Assembly (NCBI RefSeq): GCF_035594765.1 | Contig: NC_085842.1 | Span: 133,499,036-133,563,035 of the forward strand | Origin: Anolis carolinensis | Lineage: Eukaryota | Length of the DNA stretch: 64,000 nucleotides | Direction of reading: 5' to 3' | Part shown: piece after piece, positions 11,466 through 23,681 of the stretch | Layout: each line of letters opens with the position of its first letter | Numbering within the stretch: the first letter of the stretch is position 1 | Made by a program: the position numbers and the translations under genes | The notes under the pieces: model-generated | Told to the model about the DNA's origin: nothing | Database searches by the model: none | The model's input: only the letters and a program-made list of their open reading frames with translations

Positions 11466-13556
11466 TATAGGTAGGATGAAGTGTAAGACCCACTTTCCCC
11501 ACTTTTATTATATATTTATATGATGGTAGTACTGCTGCAACTCACCATAGAGCAGACCAGGATTCTAATGTGCCCTGTCCCATGAATGGAAACAATTGAG
11601 TTACATTAGTGTCAAACTTTTGTCTGCCCACTAGGTGTCAGAACAGATTTAGATTTCTAACTGTGTAGACACAGACCCAGGCTTAGGCCAATAAACACCA
11701 TTGTTAGTTTGATATTTCTCACTGTGGGCTTTAGTGCCTTGTCATTTCTGTTCATACAGGTTTGCTGGTATTTATAGCTCAATGGTGCTATTGGACAATA
11801 GGAAAAAACAGGATTTCTCTGTTTAATTAAGTCATAATAATAAACTGGCAATTTCCAGGACTTTTGCCTCTTTGTGTACAGCTATGATCTCTCTCATCAT
11901 GTTAAATAAAATGTCATTTCCTGAATGGACATATCTGATTGGACCAAATCATTTTGGTTGATATTCTCTCTCTCCTGCATCCCCAAACCCCATTCCTTCT
12001 GGTCAGAACTTCATATACTGTTCCCAGTGGTTGTGCTCACTGTCAATTATCAATGATTCTGCCATGGCAATAGGATACACCTTCAGTGTGCTGTTTTCAA
12101 ACAGGCCAACTTGATGACAAATGGCAAAGGACTGAACATCACTCCTGTAGCCAAGTAAACCCTCCTTGGACAGATGAGGCAGTCAGCCATCCTTAGAGTC
12201 ACTTAAGAATTATAGCACAAGAAGGCACCATGCTGCCAGATAGTCTGATTTCCAAGGGCAAACAAGGTGTCCTCAAAAAAAGTCATAAGTAGACTTGGTA
12301 TAAAAGATTGCCCATCTTGCTGGATTTTGCCGTCATTTGTCATTGTGAAATGCAAAGGGAAAGAATGTACATTCACACTGAAACAGATATTGTATGTGTG
12401 TGTGGCACAGCTGTAATGGGTACTATTTTTCTGACACACTTGAAGGCATGTTAACTTAAAGTGGCTTTTATTTTTAACAATAGCTAGACACAGACACCTG
12501 GAAGCTAAGAACAACCAATAAGCATCCATCACCTAAGAGTTCTAGAATACAGCTGGTGGGCATTTAGTTTAGTGTTTGAAAACAACCACAACAAATGGCT
12601 ATTCAGCTCATGATTGAAGACCTCTGAAATGAAGATGGGGCACTCTTCTTACAGCTGTCACAGTGCTTGTTAATTCCATGCATGGTAAAAGCACATGAAA
12701 ACAACAGTTTACCATTAGGACTTTACATTTACTTTTCACAAGGTAGTAAGATTTCCCCAAAATTAATCTAATCACCATTGCTAATTACTTTGATCTTCAA
12801 GACCTCAAAATTCTGAGACATTCACATCTATTGAGTGGAAAGACTGAAGAGTCTTGAAAGCGAACAAGTCTCAACAGATTTAGGAAGGGCACTTTGATGG
12901 GAAAGTGTGTTTTCATGAAAATATCCACAAACATTAGTTTTACACCACCCACCCACCCACCCCCACCCCCACCCCCCACACACACATACCTTAAAAAACA
13001 AGGGATTGGTCCAAATTAGTTAAAATCACACCAACCTCATCATATTGAGGCCAAGAAACCAGGGGATAGTGGGGGACAGCAAGTGAAACAGTGGAGCAGT
13101 GTAACACTGTGTTTTCTTACAGTTGTGGGTTGTGGGGTTCCTTTTCACAATGTTTCCCTGCTGTCCCCAGTTTCCTCCTGCTTCCTTTTCAGCTTCATCT
13201 TTGAGGAGTCAAATGTTTTCTGGGCTCCATTTCTCTGCACTGCTGGTACACTGCCCAATGGAGCTCTGCCGGAAGTAGCTCTGCGTCATCTGATGGGCTC
13301 TGAGGGACCCCGTTCTGGCAGCACCTAGAAGAGCAGAGAAGAGGCTTCTCAAACTTAATGTGATGAGGTCCTTACTTGCTCAGTGAGTGCAACTAAAATG
13401 GGGTATAATTGCTTCTCTCAAACATCTTTTTGTGGCAATGAAAAAAACCCCCAGAAAGCACAATGTATTAAAGCTAAATGTGCATAGTAACATTAATAAT
13501 ACAGAAATTTGAACTTCTTTAGGAAGATTATTGTTCAACCACAATTTTTCAGCAGA

Positions 13557-14387
13557 TATTGTGGATAGCTTGGAAAATAAGGTTGAGGAGAAGCTGGTGG
13601 AAGGCTCAGCGGTTGAGCTGGAGCCCAGCAGTATGCAGCAGCACTCCCCCCCGCCCAGTCAAGCTTTTGAGCAGGACTCATGGAAGGAGCTACTACTTCC
13701 CAGTGAAGAGTTAACTATTCCAGCTTTCATGGACCTGTAAAAAGAGTGGTCTCAGCTACTCAGATAAGGAGCCTCCAGTGGCCTAGGGGATAAAAGCCTT
13801 GTGACTTGAAGGTTGAGTTGCTGACCTGAAGGCTGCCAGGTTCAAATCTCAGCCGGCGAGAGAGCAGATGAGCTCCCTCTATCAGCTCCAGCTCCATGCG
13901 GGGACATGAGAGAAGCCTCCCACAAGGATGGTAAAACATCAAAACATCCGGGCATCCCCTGGGCAACATCCTTGCAGATGGCCAATTCTCTCACTCCAGA
14001 AGCAACTCCGGTTGCTCCTGACACACACACAAAAAAAGCTACTCAGATCCTCAAGATTAGCTGAGAAGAGAATCACCAACAGGTAATACCTGTGAATTTA
14101 GAATTTTAGGAACCAAAGACTGGTATCTGGTTGCTGGCTGCAATGCCAGCTACAACCCTGGACTCTTGATATCTTGTGTTTTTTGAACCCTGGACTTTGG
14201 ACTTCAGCTTACAGATTCTGATTCAACTTTGTACTCTGGACACTCTGGTAATTGACTTACGACCCTGGAACAGGCATTTGGCCTCTCTGTGTTATCCTGC
14301 TAACACTTGTATCTCTGTTGGACTATCAGCTTGACCTTAGATTGTTGATTAACACTCTGCTAGTATTTGGAGTCAAGGCTTCTGACA
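13557..14387 (+). mobile_element. Old solo LTR (Gypsy-like), interrupted by a SINE
   Basis: 5-bp TSD GCAGA at 13552-13556 and 14388-14392. Ends ...CTGACA. Starts TATTGTGG, compared with TGTTGTGA for the LTR at 18598. Confidence 0.6.
13766..14036 (+). mobile_element. Anolis SINE2-type tRNA-derived SINE
   Basis: Pol III B-box-like ggttcaaatc; 3' end gttgctcctgacac followed by an A-tail; 12-bp TSD agctactcagat at 13754-13765 and 14037-14048. Confidence 0.8.
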
Positions 14388-15013
14388 GCAGATCATAAAT
14401 GTGCCAACAGTGTTTTTAAAATACCATATAATATTAAAAACATTCTTAATAACCAAAATAGTCTAAACCATCTGATTAATTATTTGTATTAGATTCAGCA
14501 TGGGTATGAATTTTAGTTCCAACATGTGTCTTTAAAGATGTTCTTGCTTTTTAGTATTGAATGACTAGAAACAAAATAGTTTGGTGTATGAAGTCTAGCA
14601 GGTCCCTCAGTACAACGGGTTCTTGAATCTTGCCAGATTTTTTACTTCAGTTCCCAGAAGCTCCAGTCAGCATGACCAATGATAAAGGATTCTGAGAACT
14701 GAAACCCAAAATGTCTTGATTTCCAAAAACGAATTGTATTTGTCTTGCCTTAACATTCTCTGTTGCCTGATCTAGTTATCTGCTCTTTGAATAGGAGTTA
14801 TGGCATGCTGTTCCACCTGTAATCATAATTTTTGCCATGGGTAACTTCATCTACTTTACAAGGGTGAACTAGATGTGATTCAAAGTAACAGAGGCTTTTA
14901 TAACAAAAAGCAAGCAAACATTGCAGGAAAAAAAATAATTGAATAAGTGCCACATCTGATTTGGTCTTCATGCTTTCAGCCTGCTGCTTGCATTAGGTCT
15001 GCTGAAGGGGCCC

Positions 15014-15200
15014 AGCCATGATCCAAGGGTAGCATACCTGCCTTTCAGGCAGAAGGTCCCAGGTTCAATCCTCCTTATCTTCAGGTAGGACTGGAAAACA
15101 ATTCTGCCTAAGACAGTGGAGAGCAGCTCTCAGGTCCTGTTGACAACACTGAACCAGATGGAGCAGTAGTAGAATCTTCATATGTGGATGACAGCATCAT
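15014..15200 (+). mobile_element. Squam3-like tRNA-derived SINE (decayed)
   Basis: gcagaaggtcccaggttcaatcc...caggtaggactggaaaac...gacaacactgaaccagatgga. Confidence 0.6.
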
Positions 15201-16268
15201 TCCTGGCTACCATAACTTTTCTGCAGTTACTTCTGTTTATCCGCTCCACTAGCTAAAAGATTGGGAAGGTTAGAAAACAAGGATTTATAACAACATTTTG
15301 CACAAAATGAGGGCATGTAGTGTGATACTTTACAGAGCCGGAAGTCTTAGAAAAATTTTTAAAAACACATTAGCATATATATTACCTAATTTCCAGAGGC
15401 AGGCATTCTTTCAAAAATTCATCTTTGTGAGAGTATGTGTTCATCTTGGTTCTGCGCCCCCCCCCCCCCCAGCAAGTGATCAATACACTCTTTCTCAGTT
15501 TCCTTGTACATGCCTAACTAAACGGTGGTGAGCAAATTTTCCTAAATTGTTTCTGTCAAGCTCTTCACTTTGAACTCAGTTTTAAGCAATTGAAGTAGAC
15601 TCAAGAGAAAGAGTAAAAGCAGAAGAGGAGAGAGAAACTATGATGTTTCAAAGCAGCTGAAAAAATGGGACAACAGAGAATTCATTGGGATTGTTTCTGC
15701 CAAATTGGGACAGTTGAGGTAGGGCTACCAGATCTGAGGGCCTATGCCTGGGTCTCCATTTTTTTGTGTGACATCTCAGGTAGAAGATGAGAATGCAAAT
15801 TATTCAAGCGAGGGGAGGTCTCACTTCTGGATAAGAGGTGTGTGCAAAATCCCAGAGTAATTAGTTGACCAGAAGCTTCATGGATTCGTAGATTAGTTGT
15901 TGATGCAGCTACCTACAACTTTTCTTTTCCAGTCATGGGACTCATGCACCACTCTGCAGCCATTATCTGGTGAATAAGATAGATAAAATCTTTCTTATCC
16001 CAAAGTAGGTAGGATGAATAACCCCCTTCCCTCTTTGAACTGGAAACAAACATTTCAGCTAAGACTCCTGTCTTCATTTCCAAATAGCCAGACAATAACT
16101 GTTCTGTGCTCATATCAGAGAGAGGACATTCTGTCCATAATTTCCATTTATTGTTCATGGAAGGGGAGGCCAGCAACCTCCTATGACATCTTTCCAAGGA
16201 ATGCATTTTTAAAATACAGTTTGTGGAATTTGTGTGCTGTTCCTCTTTGAAGGAGCTGAGTATGCTAT

Positions 16269-16475
16269 TTAAATAATTTTTATTCAAGCTTTTTCAAATC
16301 AACAATGACATAGACATGGACATATAATAAAATAAAATGCAAAATTGAGAGCAAGTTTGAAAATGTGGAAAAGAAAGAAAAGAGAGAGAAGAGAGAAAGA
16401 AAAGGGGGAAAGAAAAAAAGAGAGAAAAGAGAAACCAAAAGAAATAACACTAAAATCGACTTCCATCTATTGCAT
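16269..16475 (-). mobile_element. Short 5'-truncated L1-type 3'UTR insertion
   Basis: 16-bp TSD gagctgagtatgctat at 16253-16268 and 16476-16491. Pyrimidine-rich on the minus strand with AATAAA near the end. Confidence 0.65.
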
Positions 16476-17942
16476 GAGCTGAGTATGCTATAGGTACTAT
16501 ATTACTCTTAATTTTGTCTTTACAAACTGGGAGGTAGATTGTATGAGAAAGAATGACTGGGAACGAGAAAGAATCTATGGCCAAGGTTTCCCAGTGAGAA
16601 AGAATGACTGGCCAGGGTTTTCCAGTGAACTTCATTACTGACCAAAGATTTGAGCATGGGCCATCTTTGTCTGCTTTATTAACCGTTAAGCTTGGGCCTC
16701 CAATCCATTGCTAAAATAATCTGCAGGTATCCTATATTGATTTAAAGCTTTCTTAAGAATCTCACAGAAGCCTTGTGTGCAATTAATTACGTTAAGTGCT
16801 TCTACTTGGAAGATCTTGGGAAAAAATACAAACACAAGCCAGTCACCATGTAATATGAAAGGGTACCCTCCTTGTGTATAATCATATTCCTCTTCAAACA
16901 TGATGTAAAACTTTATCTTTAAATATATTGCATTTCACCACTGTCATTGATATTTCATCTAAAGCTAAAATGATACAATATTATACATAGTTACCTGTAA
17001 TATGCTTCACTGAGTATAGTGGTTTTTATTTGTTAGTCAACATGTAGGGAATTGCACTGTTCATATTCAATTCTGCAAGATGAAGAGATGGAGGCCATTC
17101 ACTTGGCTATTTCTCCCTCTGAAGATATATTTTCTTCCCTTTAATGGAGCCTTTTCACTACCAAAGCTGCCATTCACACCTCAGGAAAAAGTGGTAGAGT
17201 TGCTTCTGATTTCTATTGTTGCTACTTTGTGTTTTGCTTACATCTGTTTGGCAAAAGTGCAGCTGATTAGCAAAAGCACCAGCAGGCTTTTTCCAGTTTC
17301 TATATAATGGCAGTGCTGCTTCATACAGAAGGTATCTTTTTGTCCTATCGCCATGCCGAAGTGAAGAAAAAGCAGCAGAAGAGAATTTTACACAAGGTTA
17401 TCTGATATCCTTGAGGTTGCTGTGCCTAAAATGATCTCCCTTTGTTTAAACCTCTTCCCATTATCTGCACACAGCAGACTAGTAACTTTTTTTACTAAGC
17501 TTATCTTGCCACTCAGTCTGAACCTTTCGCCATCCAAGTAAAAGGATTAATCATGTGGAGCACTCGTTTGTTTAATGAAGTCTTGCTTTCTCAGTAAAAA
17601 AAGGTTTCTCATCCATGTGGCTCCAACAAACAAATGTAGGATTTTAAAAATTCAACCCAACAACAAATATCTAGCAAGCCAAAGTCTTGCTAGAATAGGA
17701 AGTTCTTTTGTTTTGATGGGAATGTTTTTGGTATCACATAGGTTCCCAATAACTAAAAATAAAAAAAAATAAAAAAAATACAGAAGTTGGCTGGTGGTTC
17801 CTAGAATATTTCCTAACTGCACAAAACTTTGAATGTTGCTCATACAATATGGGTAGATCTACAATATGGAATTAAAGTACTTTCATACTACTTTAGCTAC
17901 CCTATACTCGATAATGTTCATTCTTTTTTTTTTGCAGCATTC

Positions 17943-18018
17943 TTAAAAGTGATATGGGTTACAAATTTTAAAAGTGATATGGGTTACAAATTTTAAAAAG
18001 TGATATGGGTTACAAATT
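17943..18018. repeat. Three tandem copies of a 25-26 bp unit (ttaaaagtgatatgggttacaaatt)
   Basis: Direct reading; near-identical units with no spacers. Confidence 0.9.
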
Positions 18019-18550
18019 CTGCTATCATGATAGCAGAAATCTTTTATCTACTCCACCTATATCTTTATTTAATTTGCTTTGTTTTGTGGTTCGTCACTAG
18101 AAGATAAACATGGAATTAATATTCACATCTGATTGCTGAGGCACATGGCTCTGAAGAAATACCAGTGTGGGAAGGAAAATAAATAAATTCTAGGGAATAC
18201 ACATCCCCTCCACATCTAGTATGACTTTAAATGGACAACTATCTTACTCACACACATGAATTATCCTAACATTAGGCTGGGATAAAGGGATATAGTTCGA
18301 TATTCATTTTACTGGTTGAACTCTATTTTGATATTTCACTCATTGCATTGGGAACTATAATCAACTTCAGCATCATAAGTAAATGTGAGGAAGTCATTAT
18401 TATTTTTATTATTATGTTTATTTATAGCCCGCTTTATCTCTCCTGGAGGAGACTCAAAGTACAATTAAAAATCATCATGGGACAGCCTGGCACATGTTAT
18501 GGATTTAGAAAAAAAATGCTACTATATTGAACTGATCCCAGAACAAAACA

Positions 18551-19057
18551 ATGCCTAGGAATCTGGTACAAAGTGTTGTGCACTTAGCAACCATCCTTGT
18601 TGTGAATGAGCCTTCTGGGGTCAACGATACTACTGATAGTAGCAGGAAGAGAAGAAAGACTCCTCGGGAGCAAGACTCATTTGAGGAGTTACAGAGAAAG
18701 AGGCTTAGAGAGATATTTGAGGAATCAACAGATGAGGATTCATTTGAGGGTTTTGAAGGGGAGGATGGACTTGAAATGGACGTTGGGGATGTGGTACGGG
18801 CAGAAGAGGATGACATGGAATGGACACGCGCTCCAGAGAGTTGTGATAGGGAGACTGGGCTCACTGGTAATGGGGATGCTGAGGAAACATGGGGTCCTTC
18901 AGGATCAGACCCAAGGTGGTCTAGTTGGAGGAGTGGGGATAGTTCCACAGCTGCGGGTAGGTCTGGGCGTCGGCGGGACGGTTCCAGCTCAGATGAGGAA
19001 TGGGAGCAACCTGTGGGAAGGACGGTGCCCAGCTCGAGTTCTGAAGACGAGTTGTAA
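18551..19057 (+). CDS. Hypothetical acidic disordered ORF, 152 of 168 codons inside LTR U3, with NLS and IBM/TIM-like motif
   Basis: RKRRK at aa 32-36, LREIFEESTDEDSFEGF at aa 52-68, several CK2-type S/T-D/E clusters. Coding status is not proven. Confidence 0.35.
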   Translation: MPRNLVQSVVHLATILVVNEPSGVNDTTDSSRKRRKTPREQDSFEELQRKRLREIFEESTDEDSFEGFEGEDGLEMDVGDVVRAEEDDMEWTRAPESCDRETGLTGNGDAEETWGPSGSDPRWSSWRSGDSSTAAGRSGRRRDGSSSDEEWEQPVGRTVPSSSSEDEL

Positions 19058-20059
19058 ATAAATTGAGGGCATTTGGCCATTGGGCCCTTGTGTGTGGTAA
19101 GGTGGTTGTTGGGCGCCATTGGGTTTCGTGTTCGTGTTCCTGAAGACTGGCTTGAGACTGTGCAACTACTCTTTGCTCCCAACTCCGGTTTGACTCCTGG
19201 TTCTGCAACTACCGTGTTTCCCCGAAAATAAGACAGTGTCTTATATTAATTTTTGCTCCCAAAGATGCACTAGGCCTTATTTTTAGGGGATGTCTTATTT
19301 TTCCATGAAGACGAATTCACATTTATTGTTGAACAAAAAATGAACATTTATTATATACTTTGCAGTAGTTGTCATCACAAACCAGCATAACCAGACAAAC
19401 TGTGATTCCTATCAAGAATTTCTTATTACTACCATTATTTCCATGTATATGGTACGTACATTTATTGATCCTGCATGCTCTGGTGTTCTGTTTGGCGGGC
19501 ATGCTTCCAAACAAAAACTTTGCTAGGTCTTACTTTCAGGGGAGGCCTTATATTTAGCAATTCAGCAAAACCTCTGCTAGGTCTTATTTTCTGGGGATGT
19601 CTTATTTTAGGGGAAACAGGGTACGCTCCATTACTGACCACTGGCTTGGTTTCTGATCCTGCAGTAACTCTTTGCTCTTCGTTACTTTGTTTCCGGCACC
19701 GGTTTATTTGCACTGCCTCCGGCGGCAAAGTTTGGCCCGGTTTGGGACATTGTTTGTTTTGAGCCTTAAAACTCTATTTGTAGCCCAGTTGGGATTCTGT
19801 TTATGTTGGACTCTTGGGAATTTGGCCCGTAGTTTGTTTTGCCTTCTTCAAGTTATCCGGCAATTTTGAGCTGAATCTAAGCAGTTTTGTTTTAATCCGG
19901 ATTATATCTCTTTGGTTTTTTGGAGTTTTTTCAGTTCAAATGTCTTTTTCACACTGAAGTTTAAGTGTTGCAAGCTCCTGTGTTTGTTTTATGAGCTTTT
20001 TTGAATTGTTTATACAATAAACTGTATTTCCATCCATTGGCTGGCGTCTGACCTTGACA
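18598..20059 (+). mobile_element. Solo LTR of a Gypsy/Ty3-type retrotransposon (~1.05 kb after removing the nested MITE)
   Basis: TGT...ACA termini; 5-bp TSD ATCCT at 18593-18597 and 20060-20064; TATA-like taaataaa at ~19055; AATAAA at ~20016. Confidence 0.85.
19212..19621. mobile_element. Tc1/mariner (Tc2/pogo-like) MITE nested in the LTR
   Basis: TIRs ccgtgtttccccgaaaataagac and gtcttattttaggggaaacaggg; TA on both sides. Confidence 0.85.
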
Positions 20060-22317
20060 ATCCTTTTAGGAATTTAGAGTGTGATTTAGAAATCCAGCAC
20101 ATTCTACAAGAAATATGTTTCATTCTACATTTTACCACAGTATTTTGCTTATGGGTTTTTAAATTGGACTTCGATTTCTGTGAATATGCCTCTGTAAAAA
20201 ATGCTTATATAAAATTTAGTTGTGGAAATGGTGTTCCTTGTTCCTGTCTCTATACAATAAGAGCCCACAGCTCCCTGAAAATAATGCACATAACAATAGT
20301 GACCTTTTTGAATGGGGAGAGCAATGCTGTAGGTGGTGAGGGTGGTGGGGGGATTCCTGAATATTAGTCAGGAAAATCTTGCATGAGTGCAGCCCTTCAG
20401 TCAAAAGGCAAAACCTTGATCTTTTGTCTTATTAACACATATCATTTCCAGTCATTGTCTTGCATCAATTATCCTTGCTTGTCATTTTTGCCCTAGTAAA
20501 AAAAAGCTAAAATAGGACATTCCAAAAGATACCTCACTATTTGGATGCCAAATCTTGCTGCGTATATAATAGCTGTCTTTTAAAATGCAGCAAGTGTTAC
20601 GGGAAGCAGTTATTGAGACACGAGTCTGCTGCTGTATGTATAACCAGTTCAAATTATGTTACAAAAGCTTTCTGTTTTAACAAACCATGCTGTAGTAAGT
20701 TGACATAATCAAATAAACTTGATAGATTTGTGACATTGAGAAAGTGATACTTTATCAGCCTCAGAGAAAGCCAAAGCCCTCTGAAGGCATATGTTTTGAT
20801 ATAATTGGCACCTGGAAGGAGACTAGATTATGCTCTTTATTGTTCTGTAACTTTGTTTTCTGACTCATGGAAACCCTAAGGAGGGTCTATTGTGGGGCTT
20901 TCTGAAGCTAAGATTTAGATGAAAATGTACCCTTGACAGCTTTAACCCCTAGCTGTGAACATATTTTTCACTTGATCATGAGTTTGATGCTTATGAAATT
21001 AGGCAAGATTGTTTGCCTCTCTTATTTCATTCACCATGTGACCTTTGTGAATGAAACAATCATAATTTTAAGTGCACAGTATAGTATTGTTTTGTGCCTT
21101 GTACACACATATATAAAATTATTCTGGATCTAGATAGTATTAGGGTAGAAAATTGTGCATTCATCAAAGTGTTCTCAAGTAAAAATTTCTTTCACTTTCA
21201 TAGCTCCCAATGGTATCAATTCACGCATTTACATGAAAGGAAACTAGGAATGGACAGAAGTGGGAGGGGTAGTAACCAATTCATGGTGATTTAAGTTACA
21301 AGTTGAGTAATATCTTTTAGCTACCTTATTCTGGGTTCTTTATCTCATTAATACCAGAGTAGGAAAGAATGTGGAGTCGGCTTTTATACAGGATGGTTTC
21401 TTGGAAGAAAATTAACCACTCAATCACACTTTGGCTGGCAGCTTTGACTACAGTCTAAAAATGTAGACCTTGATGTTGTCGGATTTTAACTCTGCTCCTG
21501 AGTAATTATGTTCAAGACCAGAGCTTTCAAGTAAGCAAGGCTGATTAAGTGCTTATCCTTCTTTTTAACATGCTCTTCCAATCTTAAACAATACTGTCTG
21601 AACATTTTTGACCACAATACATTAACCTTCCATTATTTAAACAGGATTGTTTTTAAAAGTATGTTATTTGGGCTTATTTTAAAGGTTACCATTTGAATCT
21701 AGCAAAAGCTTGATTTTGGAAAGCCTCATGTTTGACCTGTTAACAACCATGAGGATATATAAACTGTCATTATCTTGTGTATTAAACGATGCTGTAATGT
21801 CCTTATAATTGTCACTGAAGCTGCAACTGAGGGATAATTTTGGTGACATTCTTTTCCATGTGCTGCTTAATTAATGTGCATAGGGAGACCCATCTGTTCC
21901 ATTGAAGGTTGGATGTATTACAGCCTTGTTATTGCCTCTTATTTCCATAATGAACAATCAAGGAACAAACAAGCTGAGGAGACAGATAAAGGCTGCTCAG
22001 AATTCAACAGTGGAGTCAGCAGGGAACCAGTGAGTGGGTGGGTAGCTGAGACTGTGGTGCATAGGCAGCTTGAGAGAAATATGAAATGGAAAATATAATC
22101 AAAGAAATCAAGTTTCTTAGGTACTTCTAATATGAAAACTTCTGAGGCACAAACATTTTTAATCTGATTACAGCCAGGACAGCCAACATTATACTGTATT
22201 CCAAACTCACAACCAAGCTATATGGGATAAGACTGTTGTATTCACACTAAGAAGCTAAGATTGCTTTGATTTCAGCATTCCAGACCATTAGTGACTGAAA
22301 ACTTTAGTTTTCACAAG

Positions 22318-22548
22318 TTACTTCGGCCACATAATGAGAAGATAGGAAAGCTTGAAGATGATCATGATGCTGGGGAAAATGGAAGGAAAAAGAAGAGGGG
22401 CTGACCAAGGGCAAGATGGATGGTATCCTTGAAGTGACTGGTTTGATCTTGAAGAAGTTGGGGTTGGCGACTGCCAACAGGGAACTCTGGCGTGGGCTGG
22501 TCCATGAGGTCACGAAGAGTCGGAAGTGACTTAATGAATAAACAACAA
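22318..22548 (+). mobile_element. RTE/BovB LINE 3' end
   Basis: YFGHIMRR...MLGKMEGKRR; 3' end ctggtccatgaggtcacgaagagtcggaagtgact...aacaacaa. Confidence 0.8.
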
Positions 22549-23224
22549 GCTTTATATTCCCTGTAGTGTTTGTTTTGCTGTCTGTGCCCCTATTCAGAAG
22601 ATTTCACTTCACTTTCTGTTCCTGTGATTAGTGGCTTTTGAAGAAAATTGGCTTGTTATGGAATCAATGATTGGTGGTGTACATTTGAGACACATTTACC
22701 CCATTATAACTCTTTCAGAAGTGAATTTCCCTTCCTAGGGGTAGATTTCTCTCACTTCCTGTTGTATCACTCCAGTTCTTAACTATGAATCGTATGTAAA
22801 TCCTATATTTGTAACTCAGGAACTGCTTGTACTACATTAATCTTCCACCTTTTCCCCCTCATCTCTGCTCAGTGTGAATGTTTATTCAGCTGTATAAATA
22901 GGCATGAGAGGTGGCATCATGCTCTTAAAAATGTAGTGGCTACTACATTCATGATAAAGAACACTGAAATAAAGAAGTGCTGTATGAGGTAGCCAAAATG
23001 GTTCTTTAGAAAACACTGTATGTAAAACGTTCTCAGATGTTGAATGAATTGTGTGGCAACTTGTAAAGCTTTCTGACTGGCCTATTTAACTCCTCAAGAG
23101 CTTACCCAATACTTATGTCGGGATGTCAAAGGTAAGAGCTGCTACAATATCCTCTTTAACCTGCTTCTAGTAGCACAACTGTGAACTAATGCTAGAAATT
23201 ATTATTTCCTGTTGATGCCAAGTT

Positions 23225-23264
23225 TTTATTTCTTTTGAAGCAAGGTTTTATAAAACAATTTATT
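23225..23264 (-). terminator. Candidate NAT9 polyadenylation signals (AATAAA x2)
   Basis: tttatt at 23225-23230 and 23259-23264, about 420-460 nt past the stop codon. Confidence 0.45.
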
Positions 23265-23681
23265 GTGGATGTTTTTAACATAGAGCGTTATCAGTTTATA
23301 ATGTCAATTTTCTGTGGCTTCATCTGATGGATGTTCAAAATGTTTTTCTTAATTCATCTGACTCTTCATGCACTGAAGGCAGGGTAGGCTTCTGTCCAAC
23401 ATTATAGATATGCAACTCTGCAATAGTCTTGCATTTATGCTTGCCATTTTCTATTGATAAAATCAATATTAAACTGAGATGATGTAGTTCAGAGAAGTTA
23501 TCTGATTCCATATTTTTACAGGATGCAAGAAGCATGCTGAGCAGCAGCAGGACAGTTTTAATTTCTGTCCACTATCTCATTCTTAACTCTTTCACAAGAA
23601 CTATGGATGACCCCATGAGTCTGAGTTTGAATGAAAACTGCCCCATCCTTCAATGGTATGGATAAAGAAAGTTCAGTCTTC

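Noticed and set aside
15014-15085. tRNA gene
   Set aside because: Only a B-box-like remnant heading a Squam3-type SINE; no cloverleaf.
17943-18018. CRISPR-like 25-bp repeats
   Set aside because: No spacers, no cas genes and vertebrate DNA; a simple tandem triplication.
19040-19057. C-terminal EDEL as an ER-retrieval signal of the LTR ORF
   Set aside because: No signal peptide and the peptide has an NLS; likely part of an acidic CK2 cluster.
21980-22045. GATA + MARE-like + CACCC cluster as an erythroid enhancer
   Set aside because: Short motifs expected by chance; the MARE is imperfect and there is no independent evidence.
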